DNA from: Octopus bimaculoides
Lineage: Eukaryota
NCBI RefSeq assembly: GCF_001194135.2
Contig: NC_068986.1
Coordinates: 194,542-258,541 of the forward strand
Length of the DNA: 64,000 nucleotides
Direction of reading: 5' to 3'
The notes under the pieces were generated by a model. The model saw only the letters and a list, made by a program, of their open reading frames with translations, ran no database searches and was not told where the DNA came from. Both the position numbers and the translations under genes were made by a program. This document shows, piece after piece, positions 59,683-64,000 of this stretch; position 1 is the first letter of the stretch, and each line of letters opens with the position of its first letter.

Positions 59683-61214
59683 ATATTATCAACATAAATT
59701 CGAGATTGATTAGAAGGCACCGGCTGTGTGCTAATTATGCAGCTGAATGTGGCTAATTGATTGTCGATATTAGCATACCGATATCTTTGGAAAATCACAA
59801 TTTCGTATTCGTTTTTCACTGACAAGAAATCTAATTTTAAAAATTATTTACATGAATTACACATTAAACAAAAGTAAATACGAGGCCCATTTCTGTCCAT
59901 ATTATTCGCCAGAATTTTTCAATTATATTTAAGGAATTTCTAAAGAATTACTTATTACTGAGTCTATAAATCTTGTATTTTTTGTTCATCGGTATGTATA
60001 GTAGTATTATTTACGCGCAATAAATGAAATTTATCGTTTAACTAAATCCATAATTGTGTATTTTATATTTCCCCAGGAAGTGTAAATATCATTTCAGAAA
60101 TATATTGATAATAAAAGAAAGAGAATAATCGAGTATCATGTGATGCAATCGACCCAACTTGAAAATGAAAAATTCAATTCTGGAATTTATCGATTAGTTA
60201 AGTTTTACATGTTGAGCAGACAGTTATGCTAAGAAATAGAAGTTGCTGGGATATTAGCTGAGATATATGAGGACAAGGTGTTTCGACAAAGAAACCTTGC
60301 ATATTTATGTTGGTAAATGTAAAGAGACATCACCAGACAACCAGCTCCAACAATCTAATATGTTGGTTTCTATGCAGAAAATTGGTATCTTCTATTTCCA
60401 ATCACTAATCTACTTGCTTTGGACAAAACACCAAGCACTCCATTTCCTTCAATTTCTAACACACAAGAACAGATAAAAAAAAAGCAACTCGGCACAAGAA
60501 AATACATAAAATATGACATGTCTCACTCGTTGCCTTTCATCTGTATCACATGTAATGCACAAGAAATATTTCCCTGACATCCATGCATCAAATATGATAC
60601 ACATAACCAATCTTTTCAATCACCAGATTAACGGTTAAGAGAGACTTATGAATATACTTTGAATAGGCAAAAGTTTAATGACGTACTGAGCCAAGAACGA
60701 GTTTTTCTAAAAACAATTGAAGAAGTGTTTATCGTTTATTTGGATATCACGTTTCAAGAATGCTTATGTCTAAAAACAAACTTGCATCAAGGCAAAAACA
60801 TTAATATTCTAATAATCTCCACAAATGAATTAGTAATTAAGTCATTTCATAATATATTGGGAATATATTTAATTACTTCATTGCAACAATTTAGTAATTT
60901 AACTGCTTTTGACTAAAACTGATTTCAAATGGAAATGTTTTTACGAATTTAAATATTTCTAGGTTGTCACGGATAGAAGAATAAGCATGCGGTTCTTAGT
61001 CCGACACTTTGTTTTCCCAATAGAAAGAAACGCCAACTTTAGAGTAATCCGATAGCAATGTTAATTGTGTCAATTGAAACCTCACAATCATAAACACCCC
61101 AAACACTAAATCTGCAACCAAACTGACTTTATTGAAAATATCTCATATATAACTCATTATAGCGAGTACAATTTCTTCGTTGTTTGATTATTGGTATACT
61201 GACAGCATAATCAT

Positions 61215-61252
<38 letters not shown>

Positions 61253-62453
61253 AAATAGAGAGATAGAGAGTGAAAGGGGGAAATAGATATTAGTGAGTGA
61301 CTTGTCGAAATTCAGTAACAGAGACACTATCAGTTGAGATCTACTTCGAAGTTCTTTATCTTAAGCTTCATATAACTATCATTGTCATAACTTAGTGAAT
61401 TGTCTTCGTTTATTGGAAAAGCCAGAAATGAATTATCATCAGAATTATGCACGACTTTAGAAGTGACCAATTCATGGGCAGTACAGAATTAACTTCCATA
61501 CTAGAAGTGATCTGCTAGTTGGTGCAAACTGGCGAAACACTCATCCATTTGACACTCTTCACTTTTCATACACCATAAAGTTTGAGATTTTACAGGTTTC
61601 CATAGTCTTCGAGACTGGCGGGAGACCAGAATATGAAGTCATATTCAGAAAATTAACCGGACCTGAATGCTTGCGACGAAAAGTAGACTCTGATAAACGC
61701 ACACGAGACTGTGCTGATGGTGTTTCACTGGGTGAGAGATTATGTAAACTACTTTTCGGTCTTCCATAAAGTTACTGTCTACTCAATTTCGCTAGCAAGT
61801 CTTTAACTAAACCTAAGCTACGATGGAAGGCATTTGCCCATTTGCCCAAGGTACCACGCAGAGGGATCGAATCCGAATCCACGACGTTGCTTAGCGAATG
61901 TCTTAGTCACAAAGACATGCCCTCCGTCCAGGTATTGTGTGCTGACCGCGGACACAACATAGTGTTAACAATCTGTGACTCAATACGAATCGTCTATCCC
62001 TCGGCTGAAATTTTATTTGTGACTCTAATCAATGACCGTGGTTTCTGAAAATATGATGCAATCCTTGATAGATAAATAAAACTGGTCAACAAAACTTTTG
62101 TCGCATTTATACTGACAATTGATATTACCTAATTTTAGTAAGCTGAATTGTAAGCTCTAAATTATTTGAATTTAAAGAATGTTTGTTTTATATTTTCCAA
62201 ATTTCGAATATTTCCCGAGATATGATGTAATCCATCTGATAATTTTCTAGTTATACTATCTTCAAGCTAGGTACAAAAGAACAAATATCTATGCATTAAG
62301 ATTCTAATTCTATTCCTATATACAAGTTAGCACACCAACCACAATAAGAATTAGGCTATAAAAATGATATTTCTTATTTCGATGTTGTGTAAAATAAATT
62401 TTATCATGTGTCTTTTTTTTCACCATCTGTTTTCAGTTGAAAAAGTATATATT

Positions 62454-62482
62454 ACTGGCAGAGATACCTGGCGTAGCTCGGG
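62454..62482 (-). mobile_element. Helitron-like 3' terminus, second copy
   Basis: Antisense CCCGAGCTACGCCAGGTATCTCTGCCAG|T matches 31545-31572. Confidence 0.4.
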
Positions 62483-62789
62483 GATAAAATGGTATAGTCT
62501 TTTATTGTTATATGTTAACAATAGCTTAATATTTGATCGCTAAATTAGTTTACCGACCATCGAAGAGGAGAAGGGCAAAACTGTCCTCAACGGTATTTGA
62601 TCTCAGAACAAAAAATTGAAACAAATTGCCGCTTGGAATTTTGTTTGACAAACTAAAATTCTGATATTCCACCGCCCTCTTAGCAATGATTATTTCAAAT
62701 AATGGTGATGGGTAATAAATGATTGAATATTTTATATCTAAAAACCACTATACGTGTACTTCCTCTCAGCATGCAGTATAATGAACCAT

Positions 62790-62943
62790 ATACGGCGATG
62801 TGAGTAGGAAATTCACTTCGTATTTACATGCTTTGGAGTTCGATTCCATTATGCGATACATTGAGAAAGTGTCTTTTGTCAGAATTGGAGATTGATCACC
62901 GACTTAAAGCAATTTGAAAGACAGAAACCGTCATATACATATA

Positions 62944-62985
<42 letters not shown>

Positions 62986-63150
62986 TAGATAGATAGATAG
63001 ATAGATAGATCAGTTGCGATAGAACCGGCACATTGAGAACAATTGAATATGTACCAAAGTATTGAAGACGACATAAACAACTAAAGACTTGAAAGCATTG
63101 TCCCAGCATGGCTTCATTCTACTGAATGAAAAAAAGAAAAAGAAGTATAA
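62790..63150 (+). mobile_element. SINE family B, diverged, with internal TA/GATA microsatellite
   Basis: GAGTTCGATTCC..TTGAGAAAGTGTCTT..GAAACCGTCATATA head. CCCAGCATGGC..AATGAAAAAAAG tail. Confidence 0.6.
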
Positions 63151-64000
63151 AAAATTTCATACTGAATCAGTCAAATTATAAAGTTTGTCTGATTACTAAT
63201 TAAAAGGTTTCTCAGTTCAAAATCCCATCTGTATATAAATTCGCAGAATCGATTAAATTGATAGAAATAACATGTCCAAGATAAATCAACCAATCATATC
63301 GGCTATCTTATAAAGAATATCACTGTAGCTTATTAGATGCTGGTTATAAACCTATTTCATATCGTGTTCTAACTTAGGTTACAAGGTCATTCATTTTGGG
63401 AAGTGGCATAATCACTTAAATCGACCACACTGTATTTGATTGGAATATACTTTTATCAACTCCCCAAAAAATGAATAGCATAATTATCGACATCTGCGTA
63501 ATTTGAAATCAGAACGTGGAGAGATATATTGTTTTCATCCTTCTTCCAATTCACGCATCATACGTACACGCAAAATATACTTGAATTCATCGGTTTATTA
63601 AAAATGGTACAATATCACTAGATAGTCACCACTCGAGATTTAGTGATGCTTTAGATAAAAGGTTAAAGTGACCACTTTTTTTGTTAATGAAAATCGTTAA
63701 AACGATGTCGAGAAATAACAGAAACACGCCTCCATTAGAAAACTATAGATCATGGAAAGTGGAATTTGTTGAAAATAATTACTATTTTACTGCTGTATGA
63801 ACTAATAATGTAACTGTTGCTGCCAGAATGCTATTAACTACAGCATATTTGTTTCACTTATATATGTAATGTGTATTTCAACATTATTACTTATTTGTCT
63901 TTTGCAGTATTCCAGATGGATAGAGCCCATTGCTTGACCTGTCGGAAGTATCAGTTGCATTAATCTTTTTTAGGGGGGAGGAAGGAAAAGCCTGTCATAT

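Overview
AT-rich, microsatellite-dense animal genomic DNA from a gapped draft assembly. N-gaps are at ~5081-5415, 23692-24603, 25288-25985, 28744-28787, ~45477-45629 and 58648-58961, with 10-N joins at 9941, 33016 and 46840. The repeat complement looks like a coleoid cephalopod (Octopus-like); this is recognition, not verified. The one well-supported protein-coding gene is a minus-strand GPR137/GPR137B (TM7SF1)-family 7-TM protein. It has 7 coding exons (34284-33865, 22810-22770, 21049-20815, 16933-16784, 8659-8528, 4933-4860, 3180-2973) that splice in phase into 1260 nt (419 aa + stop). The rest is introns and intergenic DNA filled with three tRNA-derived SINE families, MITEs, and decayed RTE, R4/Dong-like, CR1/L2-like, Penelope-like, Tc1, Merlin-like and Helitron-like pieces. 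The most notable observations are: (1) a GC-AG intron whose only canonical GT-AG alternative gives an mRNA differing by one A/G, which would mimic an A-to-I recoding site; (2) an RTE insertion with a 5' inversion, junction microhomology and a 10-bp target-site duplication; (3) a strong strand bias of one SINE family across the gene; (4) a SINE family that carries an internal microsatellite; (5) a speculative plus-strand spliced ORF at the right end. I see no CRISPR array, rRNA or true tRNA gene, and no convincing new multi-gene system.
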